The position numbers were made by a program, and so were the translations under genes. The notes under the pieces are model-generated. The model worked only from the letters and a program-made list of their open reading frames with translations. It did not search any database and was not told where the DNA came from. From Octopus sinensis (lineage: Eukaryota), in the NCBI RefSeq assembly GCF_006345805.1, contig NC_042999.1, positions 123,752,001-123,816,000 of the forward strand: a stretch of 64,000 nucleotides of DNA. The letters are read 5' to 3'. This document shows positions 9,281-20,189 of the stretch, piece after piece. Every line of letters starts with the position of its first letter. Position 1 is the stretch's first letter.

Positions 9281-10672
9281 ATGGAGTCCCCCATCTCTTA
9301 TTCGCCCGTGACGAGCGAGGATGAATACCTGGCGTTGTCGCCAAGAAAAAAGAGGCGTTGTCGCCAAGAAAAAAGAGGCGTTGTCGCCAAGAAAAAAAGA
9401 GGCGTTGTCGCCGAAGAAAAAAGAGGCGGCGTCGCCCAAGAAAATGGAAAAACCAGTACCAGCATCAACTCCAGCGAAAAAATTCGCTGAAGTGGCTGGG
9501 AAAAAGATTAAAAAAATAAATATAGAAAATTTGGAAAAATTTGCAGACTGTGTAAAAAAAGAGAGCACAGAAGTGACTGTGGCCACAAACATACAAAAAC
9601 ATGACGATATAGAAAAAAAAAGAATAATATATAAAACTTACGACACAACGAAAAAAATGATCCAAAAAATCGAAGAAAAAAAAATAGAGTTTTGTCTAAA
9701 ACCTTTTATGGATAAAATAACGTATATAAACAGAGGAAAAAGATACGGCACAGTGGAGGTGTCTTTTACTACGGAGGAGATAGCGAAAAAACTATCGATG
9801 GAGCCGATCAAAGCAGAAAACATTGTCTTACTACCATTGTATAAAGGAAAAAGGACGTCGAAAATTTCAATGAACAACATACCGCCAGAGGCAGATGCTG
9901 AATGTCTGGTGGCAGCAGTGATGGTAGGTCTGGAGGAAAAAATAAACATCCTCCAGGCCACAGTGGAGGAAGAGGAGTTTTGGAAAGGGCAGAAAATAGT
10001 GATAGCCATTCAGGCGGAGGTGCAAACACTGGAAGAAATTCCAGAAACGGTAAAGATTAGTGAAGACGAGAAAATAACAGTTTTCGTGGAGGGCAGGAAG
10101 CCGAGGTGCTTCGGCTGCGGCAAGAAGGGTCATGTAAGGGCGGAATGCCAACCCCAACCCAAACCGCAGGAAGCACCTAAGCCAAAAGAAAAAGAAGATA
10201 ATGTGTCACCGTCGGACGGCCCAGAAGGGAAGACTGAAGGTGTGGAGGTGACGGTGACAGCAGAACCAGCGGCGGAGGAAAAAAAGAGCGAGGAAAAGAT
10301 AAATGAGGAGGGGTGGGCAAAAATTACCGGAAAAAAAAAAGAAAAACGGAAACCACCCCTCCCAGAGTAATTTTAAAAAAGAAAAAAGAGTCAATGAACT
10401 CGTATATGGCCGTAAAGGCAGCAAATAGCAGACTCGGAAACGTGTTGGCAGCCATGGCCAAAGTGGAGAAAGTAGTGGAAAAAAACGACTTTGTAATTTA
10501 CAGAATAGGCCGGAAGGATTACGGGCGGATAAAGTCAGAATTCTTCCATGACGTAGGCCCACTTAGATTGGATGTGACATCTCCACATATATTCGAGGGC
10601 CTACGTCAGACTCCCCCACGAGGCCCAGAAAAAGAGTTAGAAGAACAAGAAAAAACCGAACCACTGATATAA
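9281..10672 (+). pseudogene. ORF1 of copy 3 (mostly open, 1-nt indels in A runs)
   Basis: ORFs 9272-9490, 9321-10370 and 10313-10672 join into one ORF1 with FAEVAG motif and zinc knuckle. Confidence 0.9.
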
Positions 10673-10680
10673 GGTAAGTA

Positions 10681-13600
10681 ATGGATTACATTTATGTTGG
10701 TTGTTTGAATGTACGCGGCCTGGGAGCAGGCTGGAAGCAAGGTCGCTTCCTGCATGATATCAGGTCGCGTAATTTAGATGTTATTGTTGATACAGAAACC
10801 CGGTTAGAGGGGCCAAGAGGTCTACTCCCGCTGTTTGACGGCTACGAGAGTTTTTTCTCTCCTGGCAGTCCTACAGGCGGGAGTGGGGTGTTGGTCCTAT
10901 TAAAAAGAAACCGGGTTCTGAGAAAAAGTTAATTTTTGCAGATCCAGAAGGTAGGCTGGTCGTCATGGATTTGACGTTCAGTAATGGTAAAGTTATCAGA
11001 CTGGTTGCAATTTACGCACCCAACCATACAGGGCAAAGTGATTATTTTCGTGAACTAGAAAACTTCTTGGTACTTCGCATTCATTAGTGGTGCTAGGAGA
11101 CTTTAACACAATTTGCAAAGCGGATGTAGATTGTGTTGGCTCGCGTCCAGATAGAAAAGGCAACAGTGGCTTCATGGAACTGCTAACCCGCTTTGAGCTA
11201 GCAGATCCTTATAGGCTGGAATTTCCGAACGCTCCATTGTGGACATGGTCAAACAGCGACGGATCTTCCAGGTCATATTTAGATAGAATACTAATTAGAA
11301 AAGTAGACAGTAAAATAGCTAAGTGTCCACAGTTTTACCCGATCAGCTACAGTGATCATAAAATGGTCACTTGTAAGCTTGACATAGATAAGGTTAAAAA
11401 TAGAGGATCCGGTTACTGGAAACTTAATACGTCCCTTTTGGCGATTAAGGAGTACAAAGACCGGATTAGGAATATAATTCAAAGGGCACTATCTGGTACC
11501 ATCATTAATAACAAATGGTGGTACGCCCTCAAACGAGCCATCAAGTTTGAGTCTATTAGATATAGCATAGGAGTAGTGGCTAGAGAGGCTAGAAAGGAAA
11601 CTACTCTAGTTAAGGAATTAGAGGAAGCCTTGAAAACTGGCTCTGCGGCTCAGGTGGCGTCCAAGAGACTGGTGTTAAACCAGCACCTCGAGGCCAAACA
11701 CATGGGCTGCATTGTCAGGGCTAGAATCCGCCATATGGGATGTGAAGGAATCAACGCCGTGAGATGGGCCCGAGTGGTGGAAGCTCAGCATGGTAACGAT
11801 GCCACGATTCGATCTTTGACGAACCAACAAGGTGAGTTGATAAACGAACCCGAGGAGATGTGTGAGGCCTTTCAGGAGCACTTCGCTCAGCTTTTCGGTG
11901 AGTGCGGCGGACTGGATAGGAGGAGGGCCTTTACGGACCTACTCGACGGGCTGCCGCGCTTATCGGGGCGAGATGCGGAGGGCTGTGAAGGGCCAATCAC
12001 GCCTGAGGAGGTGGTTGAGGCAATGGCGGCCTGCGGCGCGGGCAAGGCGCCGGGTTTGGATGGTCTACCCTATGAGTCATATAAGAGTATGCCAGACTTG
12101 TTCGGGCACCTACTGGCGGAGGTCTATGCGAACTGGCAGCAGAACGGGCTTATACCCAGATCTGTGCGCCGGGGAGTAGTGACTCTCGTCAGAAAGGACC
12201 CGAGCAAGGGGGAGTGCATTGATAATTTCAGGCCCATCACTCTGCTAAACACAGAGTTGAAGATTTTGGCCAAAGTGTTATCGAAAAGATTGGCGCGTGT
12301 CGCGGATGGTCTGATCGGAGAGGCACAGACATGTGCCGTTCCGGGCAGATCCATTCAGGATAATCTCCATCTAATGCGGTACACTATAGAGGGGTTTAAT
12401 AGTGATTCTGGCAAGGGTGGGGCACTGGTCCATTAGACCAATCTAAAGCTTTTGATAGGGTCGACCATCGTTACCTGGTATCTGCCCTGGCACAGTTCGG
12501 GCTGAGCCTTGGCTTCCTCAGGTGGATTATCCAAATGTATGATAACATCGACTCGGTAGTTCGGGTGAACGGCTTCTTGTCGAAGCCGTTCAAAATCAAA
12601 CGCTCGGTTCGTCAAGGGTGTCCGCTCTCCCCGCTTTTGTACGTGATGGCTCTTGAGCCATTACTGCGAAAACTGAGCGGCATCCCGAGACAGCCAGGTA
12701 ATGGAAAATCAGTATCAGCGTACGCGGATGACATCACCATCATCGTAACCGAAATGGACCACCTATGTAAAGTAGGCAAGGCCATAGAGGTTTACGAGAC
12801 GGTGACAGGAGCAAAAGTTAATCGCGAAAAGTCAGTCGGCTTGCAACTCGGCACCTGGAGAGGCAAGTCGATGCCTCCTGACAGCGTCGTGGGACGTTGG
12901 ACGGAGGGTCCGATTAAACTGCTAGGAGTCTGGTTCGGTCCAGACCTCCAAATAGAGAAGAATTGGGGCGAGGTAACGAGCAAGGTGGCTGCAGTAGCCA
13001 AGACCTGGTCTTGGCGGTGGCTATCCCTGAAAGGGAGGGCGGAGGTGGCCAATGTGTTTATCGCATCGGTTATCACCTACCGCCTTTCCGTCGTTCCTTG
13101 CCCTGATTCGTGGTTGATCAAGTTGGAAAGACAGCTCTTCTACTTCTTGTGGAAGGGCGGGAAACCACTTGTGAAACGCTCTACTTGCTGTCAACAACCG
13201 TTAAAGGGTGGGCTAGGGATGCCTTGGCTGATGATGCGCAGACATGCGCTGAGGTTAAGACATCTGTGGCTCTACCTGGATGGTGAACGGGTGTGGTCTT
13301 CGCTAGCAAAACTGATGTTTCCCAAGTTCACTAGTTTCGGTGGATGGGAAACCTGGCTGAATCGTAGATCGAAACTTGGTACTTGGTACACGGAGTGTCG
13401 CAAGGCTCTCCTGCTATTCCGTCGCTCGGGCAACGCCTGCGGTGGGGGTTCCACCACATTCTTCTATAGAGGGTTGGTAGAGGCGGAATGTGAAGATACC
13501 TTGGGGGAAACCCTAGGTCTCGACGATAATCAGCTGGCCAGTCTGTTCCGACGTACGTTCAAGCCGAGGACACTGGACAACTTCCAGAAGTCTCTGGCAT

Positions 13601-14073
13601 GGCAATGCTACAAAGGAGCTCTACCTGTTCGGGATAAACTCGCAAGGCACGGTGGCCAAGACAGTCCGATATGTCCAAGATGCGGGCGGGATAGGGAAAC
13701 CGTCCCGCACGCTATTGTTCATTGTCCGGACGTGTCTGAGGTGTGGGTTTATGCCGAACAGCTGTTGTCAGGTACACGAAGAGTACAGCTGTCGACTGAG
13801 TCGATTACAAAAATTGACCCACCGGATTTCCTCGTGAATGAAGGTAAGTTTCGTTTTCTCGTTGTAGTAGCAATTGCGAAAGAGGTGATATGGAAGACGA
13901 GAATGAAAGGTTTACAGTCAGGCAAGTTCATCTCCGGCCCTGGTTTGATGAATTATTTCATCTTTCACCTGAAAAGGAAGATAGGGCTGGAGAGAATATG
14001 CGTGACTAGGAGAGTGTATGAAGAACGATGGAAGGATGTAGCACGAAAGTTGCGAGTGAAAGATACAACATAA
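10681..14073 (+). pseudogene. ORF2 of copy 3, three single-base frameshifts
   Basis: Pieces 10681-10932, 11087-12436 and 12535-14073 match the 1131-aa ORF2. Indels near 10920, 11065 and 12432. Confidence 0.92.
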
Positions 14074-14317
14074 ATGTAATACCAAGCGCAACCAAAAGTA
14101 TCAGTGGGGAGGCGGGGCTCGTGGGGTCCGAGCTAAACCCACACCCACTCCACCCGTAATGTCTTCCGGTCTGTCCCATCATTCGATTTCTGTCCATTTA
14201 TTGTAATTCATGAAAATTTTTAAATTCGATTTATTGTAAAAACCCATTCGTGTGTCTGACCCCATCATCAGATTGTATTGTCCCATCTATGTTCGCCCCT
14301 TGTGGGTAATAATAAAA

Positions 14318-14637
14318 CAACCTGGAGGAAAGCACCATTAAAAAGTGTCTTGGTGTGACTATGAAAGATATCTAACCAGAGGCGGTAAATTCGCCACAAA
14401 AGAAGCAAGGTTCGAGTCAATGGAGCGTGCAAGGGAGTACTCAACTCGAACTTGCGAAGTGGAAATATTTTATTTTTACCTTTATATCTGGGACGTAGGA
14501 CATGCCGGATAAAAATTTAAAATGCCCCCCCCCCCGAAGTTGAGGTAGGCTGGATTGTAGCCACACTTCTATACAAGAGGGAGGACAAGATACAACTGAT
14601 CGAAATTCCAAGAGACGGGCTTACAATTCCAGTCTGT
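14318..14637 (+). pseudogene. Decayed ORF1 fragment of a third related Tx1-like family (C)
   Basis: Manual translation across two frameshifts and stops gives NLEESTIKKCLGVTMKDI / TRGGKFATKEARFESMERAREYS / LPLYLGRRTCRIKI*NAPPPEVEVGWIVATLLYKREDKIQL. This aligns with A: IEEKKIEFCLKPFMDKI / RGKRYGTVEVSFTTEEIAKKLS / LPLYKGKRTSKISMNNIPPEADAECLVAAVMVGLEEKINIL. Confidence 0.85.
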
Positions 14638-14766
14638 TATATATTTTGAGTATTGTTATCACTAGCGATATCAAGATATAACTTTGTATTTTGTATTTTA
14701 TGTGTAGATGTATATATATAGATGTACATGTAATATGAACATATATATATACACATATATACATGC

Positions 14767-14807
14767 ACTAGCACTATGACCCGGCAACGACGGGTCATAA
14801 TGCTAGT
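14767..14807. repeat. 41-bp palindrome ending CTAGT; Helitron-3'-end-like hairpin
   Basis: ACTAGCACTATGACCCG-gcaacga-CGGGTCATAATGCTAGT: 17-bp arms with one mismatch. Confidence 0.55.
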
Positions 14808-14832
14808 TATCTATAAGCTTGGTATTTATTGT

Positions 14833-15146
14833 ATCAGTCTTTTTCTGCCAAACCATTAAGTTATGGAGATGTAAACACACCAACACCAGTTCTCAAGCAG
14901 TGTGGTGGGAACAAGCACAGACACAAAGACACACACACATGTATGCATGTATGCATGCTTATATATATGTCTGTGTGTGTGTGTGATGCGCTTCTTTTAG
15001 TTTCTGCCTACCAAATCCACTCACAAGGACTTGGTCAGACCAAAGCTATAAAAGAAGACACTTGCCCAAGGTGCCACACAGTGGGGCTGAGCCCAGAACC
15101 ATGTGGCTGAGAAGCAAACTTATTACCACACAGCCATCCCTGTGCT
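14833..15146 (-). mobile_element. tRNA-derived CORE-type SINE (abundant family; further copies 19655-20175 +, 20690-21082 -, 48870-49215 -)
   Basis: Copies align with each other. Minus strand shows tRNA-like A/B boxes, then TTGGGCAAGTGTCTTCT (CORE-like) and an internal CA/TA tract. Confidence 0.75.
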
Positions 15147-15514
15147 TGCAATTATTAAACCATAAAAATGTGACTAGAATATATAACTGAAACAAAAACA
15201 TATTAAAAAAATAACTGACTAAGCAAAGATTGCAATAGATCAAAATCACTCTAGAGGTTAACAGTTAATTTTTAAGATTGTTCTCATTATGTCTTGCTAA
15301 ATGTGAACATTCAATATGAGATGATAAGTTTGTTACTTCCTATCTGTTTCTGTTGCTGCAAGAAAACCAATTTTGAGGGAAAATTGGATTTGAAGATTTT
15401 GTAGGGCATAACTATAAAAGAATGAGAAAGAAAAATTTCTACTGTGCCTACCCATGTATAGGCCTACCCATGTATAGGCCTACCCATGTATATTGGTGTT
15501 CCACAATAGGCTGT

Positions 15515-15975
15515 GGAGGCACATGGCCTAGTGGTTAGAACCACGGACTCACGGTCTACGGATCGTGGGTTCGAATCTCAGACTGGGCGATGTGTGTGTT
15601 TATGAGCAAAACACTAAGCTCCATGCGGCTCCGGCAGAAGGTAATGCAAACTTATGATGAATCTTTCGCCACAACTTTCTCTCACTCTTTCCTCCTGAAT
15701 CTTGCAGCTTAGCTGCAACGGACCGGCATCCCATCCAATGCACTCATGCTGACACCATGTAAAAGCACCCATGCCAGTACTGTGTAAAAGCACTCTGTAA
15801 AGTGGTTGGCATTAGGAGGGACATGCAGCCATAGAAATCATGTCAAAACAGAGATGAAATCTTAGCAGCTTTTCGACTGGCTAGCTCCTGTCAAACTGTC
15901 CAACCCATCCAAGGAAACTGGGAAACCGGCCCTTATGAGCCTGGCGTAGCTTGAGAAGGAACAAACAACTGTTCC
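15515..15975 (+). mobile_element. tRNA-headed SINE interrupted by an RTE-tail insertion
   Basis: A box TGGCCTAGTGG, B box GTTCGAATC. Body is split at 15738/15904 by an RTE 3'UTR segment flanked by CCCATCCAA. Confidence 0.65.
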
Positions 15976-16374
15976 TTCCAAAGGATGAATAATAGGCTGT
16001 GAAAAGTTTCAAGTTGGGCTTTCAGTCAGACCAAATATAAATATAATTACAGAAATAAATCAAAATTTTAATTAAAATTGCAGCCTATCATAGTGACTAT
16101 TAAACTATAAAAATGTGAATAGAATTTACAAAAAAGTTCCAATTTAGATATTAGCAACACATTGATTAACTTTTACTTTATCTTTTTAATGTTCATTTTA
16201 CATACTAGCATAGGTTGGACAATTTGACGTCGAAAAGCTGCTAAGATTTCATTTCTGTTTTGACATGATTTCTATGGCTGGATGTACTTCCTAATGCCAA
16301 CCACTTTACAGAGTGTACTGGGTGCTTTTACACAGTACTGGCATGGGTGCTTTTACATGGTGTCAGCATGAGTG
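15741..16374. repeat. Inverted pair of RTE 3'UTR fragments (15741-15905 + and 16212-16374 -)
   Basis: Reverse complement of 16212-16374 matches 15741-15905, including idiosyncratic sequence. Confidence 0.85.
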
Positions 16375-17751
16375 TATTTTACATTACACAGACTGACCAA
16401 AAGAATAATTCACAAGTTTTCTTCATACACAAGAGATCACCTACTGACTCAAACTGGCTTGTATAAGCGCAATAGTAATTTTGTTTGTTCATTCCTGACT
16501 ATCACCTGAAGAAGCTTGAAATCCAGTTCTATCCATAAAAATAGTTATTCTTGCTTGCAGAAACATAATCTGTCATAAGTTATGAACATAAATCTGTATG
16601 TGAATGTTCAATATGAGATGACAGGAACAGTCTCTGCAATTAACTGATGTTTGCAATGAATTCAACATATAAAATTCACTAAAGTGATTTTGCTCTATCA
16701 AGATCTTGCAAAATCATTTATTCCTTGAATATGTTTCCAATTTAATTGTATACACTATTTACATTCTTATAGTATACATTTATGTGTGTGAGTGCGTGTG
16801 CGTGCATGTGTGTGTGTATAGAGAAATGTAACAGTGTCCGTATGCTGTAACTTCATTTTTTTCTAGGATTTTGTTTTTTCTAGATTTGTTTGATTCTTCC
16901 TGTTTAATTGTCTAATCATAAATAATTACACCTTATTCAATGCAAAAATCCTAAGTGAGAAAGATAAAAAAAGTTTTGCAAAATTAATCACTAAGTTTGG
17001 TGAAAGTAATATTTTCCTTCAACTCTTCTGAATGGGAATATTATCAACCAGAACAGCTATAGTAATTTTACATAACTTTGAAATGAGATAATTTTATTTG
17101 TATCATTATGTTATCCTTCCTATATGTGTACTGACAATTATAGGATAAATAAATTTAGCAAACAAAAATGTCTGTTTTGTTTGCTTAATGTCAAGATACA
17201 AACAGTTGATTATTTGTAAAATGAAATATAACTATTAATAGCAGGAATATTAGTAAAACAGTTAAATGTCATTCATGGAATTGAAGATAGTGACTGATAA
17301 CCTTGTAGACGAAACATCCATAGAATTTTTTTAGGAAATGGTATATGGATGTTTTTTTGTTTTTTTTTTGTCTGCTAAAAAAAAGATTGCATTCATCACT
17401 GCAAGCTAAGGCCCATGTTTATAGTTGAGTATGGAGATGTCTTTCTAAGTAACCATTCAGCCTGCTAGAACCACAAGTCAGTTCTTATTATTATTGTCTT
17501 GAGAGAGGACACATTGGATATACATATAGTCAGATGGATATACATATAGTCAGAGACTTACTCTTAAAATGATGGGATGGTCATGGCTGAAATATCTCTG
17601 ATCATAGGTCAACTTCATGAGAATTGATCTGGGAATAAACAACAATTTCAATTAAACCAGACTGAGCTAGCTAAGGAATCTCTTTGTTGTTGTGATGTCT
17701 TACAAGAAAGTTGCCAAGTCTTTTTCAAATTACATTTGGCCAATTTTATAG

Positions 17752-17835
17752 AAAGAACACATTAGATAATGTAGTCCTAGATATACTGTGTAAAAAAATA
17801 TGGAGTGGGCACAACTGGAACACCTTTGATTATAG
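17752..17835 (+). CDS. Candidate host-gene exon (phase 2-2; KNTLDNVVLDILCKKIWSGHNWNTFDY)
   Basis: TTTTATAG acceptor, AG|GTTTGC donor, open frame. No homology recognised. Confidence 0.3.
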
Positions 17836-19339
17836 GTTTGCTCAACATGAGATGATCTTGGGGTTAAAGGATGAAGTCAACTATAATTCATATAAATAGC
17901 ACCACAGTTAATAAAAGGAAATGCTCTAAGTTATTTTTGCAGTGAGCAAATTAGACATTACTTTCACATTTTTCTTTGCAACAACACAAAGGGATAACAA
18001 AGACACAAAAGCACCCTTTAAGCAACATATGCTTCAATGTTTATTCAATATAAAAGATATTACATGCTTTAACCATGAAAGTTCAGAAACATGGACATTT
18101 ATGTAACTACTAACAATACAAATAATGTTTAATCTATTTAATACAATACAAGTAATGCTTAATCTATTTAACAGGTCATACTTGGCATAGTCTTATATGA
18201 TAACATTTTGTGTTTCTTCTCAGAAGAAAGCTGTCATGGCATAATTAAGATAATATAACAATGCGTTTTGACATTTAAGTTTCTCTGTTCTATCTAACTT
18301 TAATAAAACCATAACAGTAGACAATATCATGTCAAAATTCTTTATCTTCCTTGAAATGGGAACCACATGAACAAGAATAAATTTTAGAATGCCAACCAGT
18401 TACTTTATGCATTGAACAAGTAATATGGACTGCTACTTCCATTTGCAACTCAATCTACTATTGACTGTATTTTAGTTTAGCTTCCTGATAAATTTGCAGT
18501 AAATACCACATTTTCTCAAAATGTCAGTAATGCAATATCCAAGACAAGTGAAAAAAATAAACAGATAAATAAAGTGACAGATTAGTAATTATATTTCAGT
18601 AGGCAAACACTTCCTACATAGTCCAAAGTGTACATCGATACAGCACAGACACACCCAGTAAACTTAGACTTTGATTAGTAATGCAAAATAAAATACCATG
18701 TCTTTGCAACAACATGACAAAAATATACCAAAAGTGCCTCTTTTACAATGGCAGTGGATAAGGTGTTGAGTTGTCAGAAATGTTAGTACATTGGACAAAA
18801 TGCTTAGTGGCATTTCTTCTGGCACTTTACGTTCTGAGTTCAATTCCCACTGAGGCCAATTTTATAGAAAGAATTTGATAGAATACAATATCTTCCAAGT
18901 ACTGAAGTTGATATAATCGATTATCCCCCTTCCCTTAAAATTTCTGGAACCATCACAATGACAGTAGATGGCAGAATCTGTAGAGTGATTATAAAAAATG
19001 CCTTGCTGTATTTAAGTAACAACTCTTTACATTCTGAGTTAAAATCTTGCCAAACCTAAAATTTGCCTTTCATCTTTTTTGTGTTATATCAACCCCTGTA
19101 CTGGACTGAAGTTAACAGAATCAAGTATGCCCCTCTCTAGATTTGAAACATTGTTCCTCTGAAAGAAATTATTATTAAACCTGTGAGATTTGTATCAGAA
19201 ATGCAGGAGTAATAAGGGTTTGTCTTATACCCTTAGAACCATAAGATACTCAAGACTCTACATGTTAGAAATAGCAGCTGAATCTCCCTTTATCACATCT
19301 ATAAAAAGAAAACAAGGACACATTGTTCAAAGTAGAAAT

Positions 19340-19349
19340 AGCTTGCATG

Positions 19350-19418
<69 letters not shown>

Positions 19419-19449
19419 ACACACACACACACACACATACATACATACA

Positions 19450-19480
<31 letters not shown>

Positions 19481-19506
19481 GTATGTATGTATGTATGTAT
19501 GTATGT
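19340..19506. repeat. Compound (TACA)n(CA)n(TACA)n(TATG)n microsatellite
   Basis: Direct reading. The TACA/TATG switch makes a self-complementary tract. Confidence 0.95.
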
Positions 19507-19733
19507 TGGCTGTGAAAAAATATAACAAAAGGTATCAATGACATGAATGATAAATGCAGGTCAATGTCATGCAGATATTATCTTCCCATGAGGTATGATG
19601 TGGTGGCCAGAAAAGTCTTCAACAGAATAAGAAAAAGGAAATTACAAACAAAGTTGACTATACTGGGGCAAGTGTTTTCTACTATAGTCTTGGGCTGACC
19701 AAAGCCTTGTGAGTGGATTTGGTAGACAGAAAC

Positions 19734-19944
19734 ATTAGCATGCCGGGCGAAATGCTTAGTGGTATTTCGTCTGCCATTACATTCTGAGTTCAAATTCCGT
19801 TGAAGTCGACTTTGCCTTTCATCCTTTTGGGGTCGATAAATTAAGTACCAGTTACACACTGGGGTTGATGTAATTGACTTAATCCCTTTGTCTGACCTTG
19901 TTTGTCCCCTCTATGTTTAGCCCTTTGTGGGCAATAAAGAAATA
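19734..19944 (+). mobile_element. Meta-domain-type SINE with Tx1-A-like 3' tail, nested in a CORE SINE (second tailed copy 49925-50125 -)
   Basis: Central GCCTTTCATCCTTTTGGGGTCGATAAATTAAGTACC resembles the MetaSINE/Sauria domain (recalled). Tail TTGTTTGTCCCCTCTATGTTTAGCCCTTTGTGGGCAATAAAGAAATAA. AGAAAC at both ends. Confidence 0.75.
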
Positions 19945-20189
19945 AGAAACTGAAAGAAGCCCTTCTTGTGTGTGTGTTTGTGTGTCTGTGTTGTCCCCCA
20001 CCATCGCTTGACAACCAATGTTGATATGTTTACGTCCCCGGTAACTTAGCAGTTTGGTAAAAGAGACTGATAGAATAAGTATTAGGCTTGCAAAGAATAA
20101 GTCCCGGGGTTCGATTTGTTTGGTTAAAGGCAGTGCTCCAACATGGCCACAGTCAAATAACTGAAACAAGTAAAAAAATAAAAAAATAC

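Larger units (their letters stand above)
9077..14317 (+). mobile_element. Tx1/L1-clade LINE family A, copy 3 (full length)
   Basis: Collinear with copy 2 from 5'UTR to tail. Flanked by the perfect direct repeat CAACCTGGAGGAAA. Confidence 0.95.

Noticed and set aside
1-14317. Array as a pure assembly duplication
   Set aside because: Copies differ by scattered substitutions with no consistent pairing, and a distinct element B is interposed. Read-level confirmation is still needed.
15446-15490. 16-bp tandem repeat CCTACCCATGTATAGG (~2.7 units) and the 21-bp doublet at ~17514-17556
   Set aside because: Ordinary slippage duplications with no further structure.
15518-15600. tRNA gene
   Set aside because: Has A/B boxes but no complete cloverleaf, and continues into a SINE body.
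19190-19544. ORFs rich in HT/YV/CV or homopolymeric residues (also ~34170-34740, 42090-43075, 53120-53645)
   Set aside because: Translations of microsatellites.
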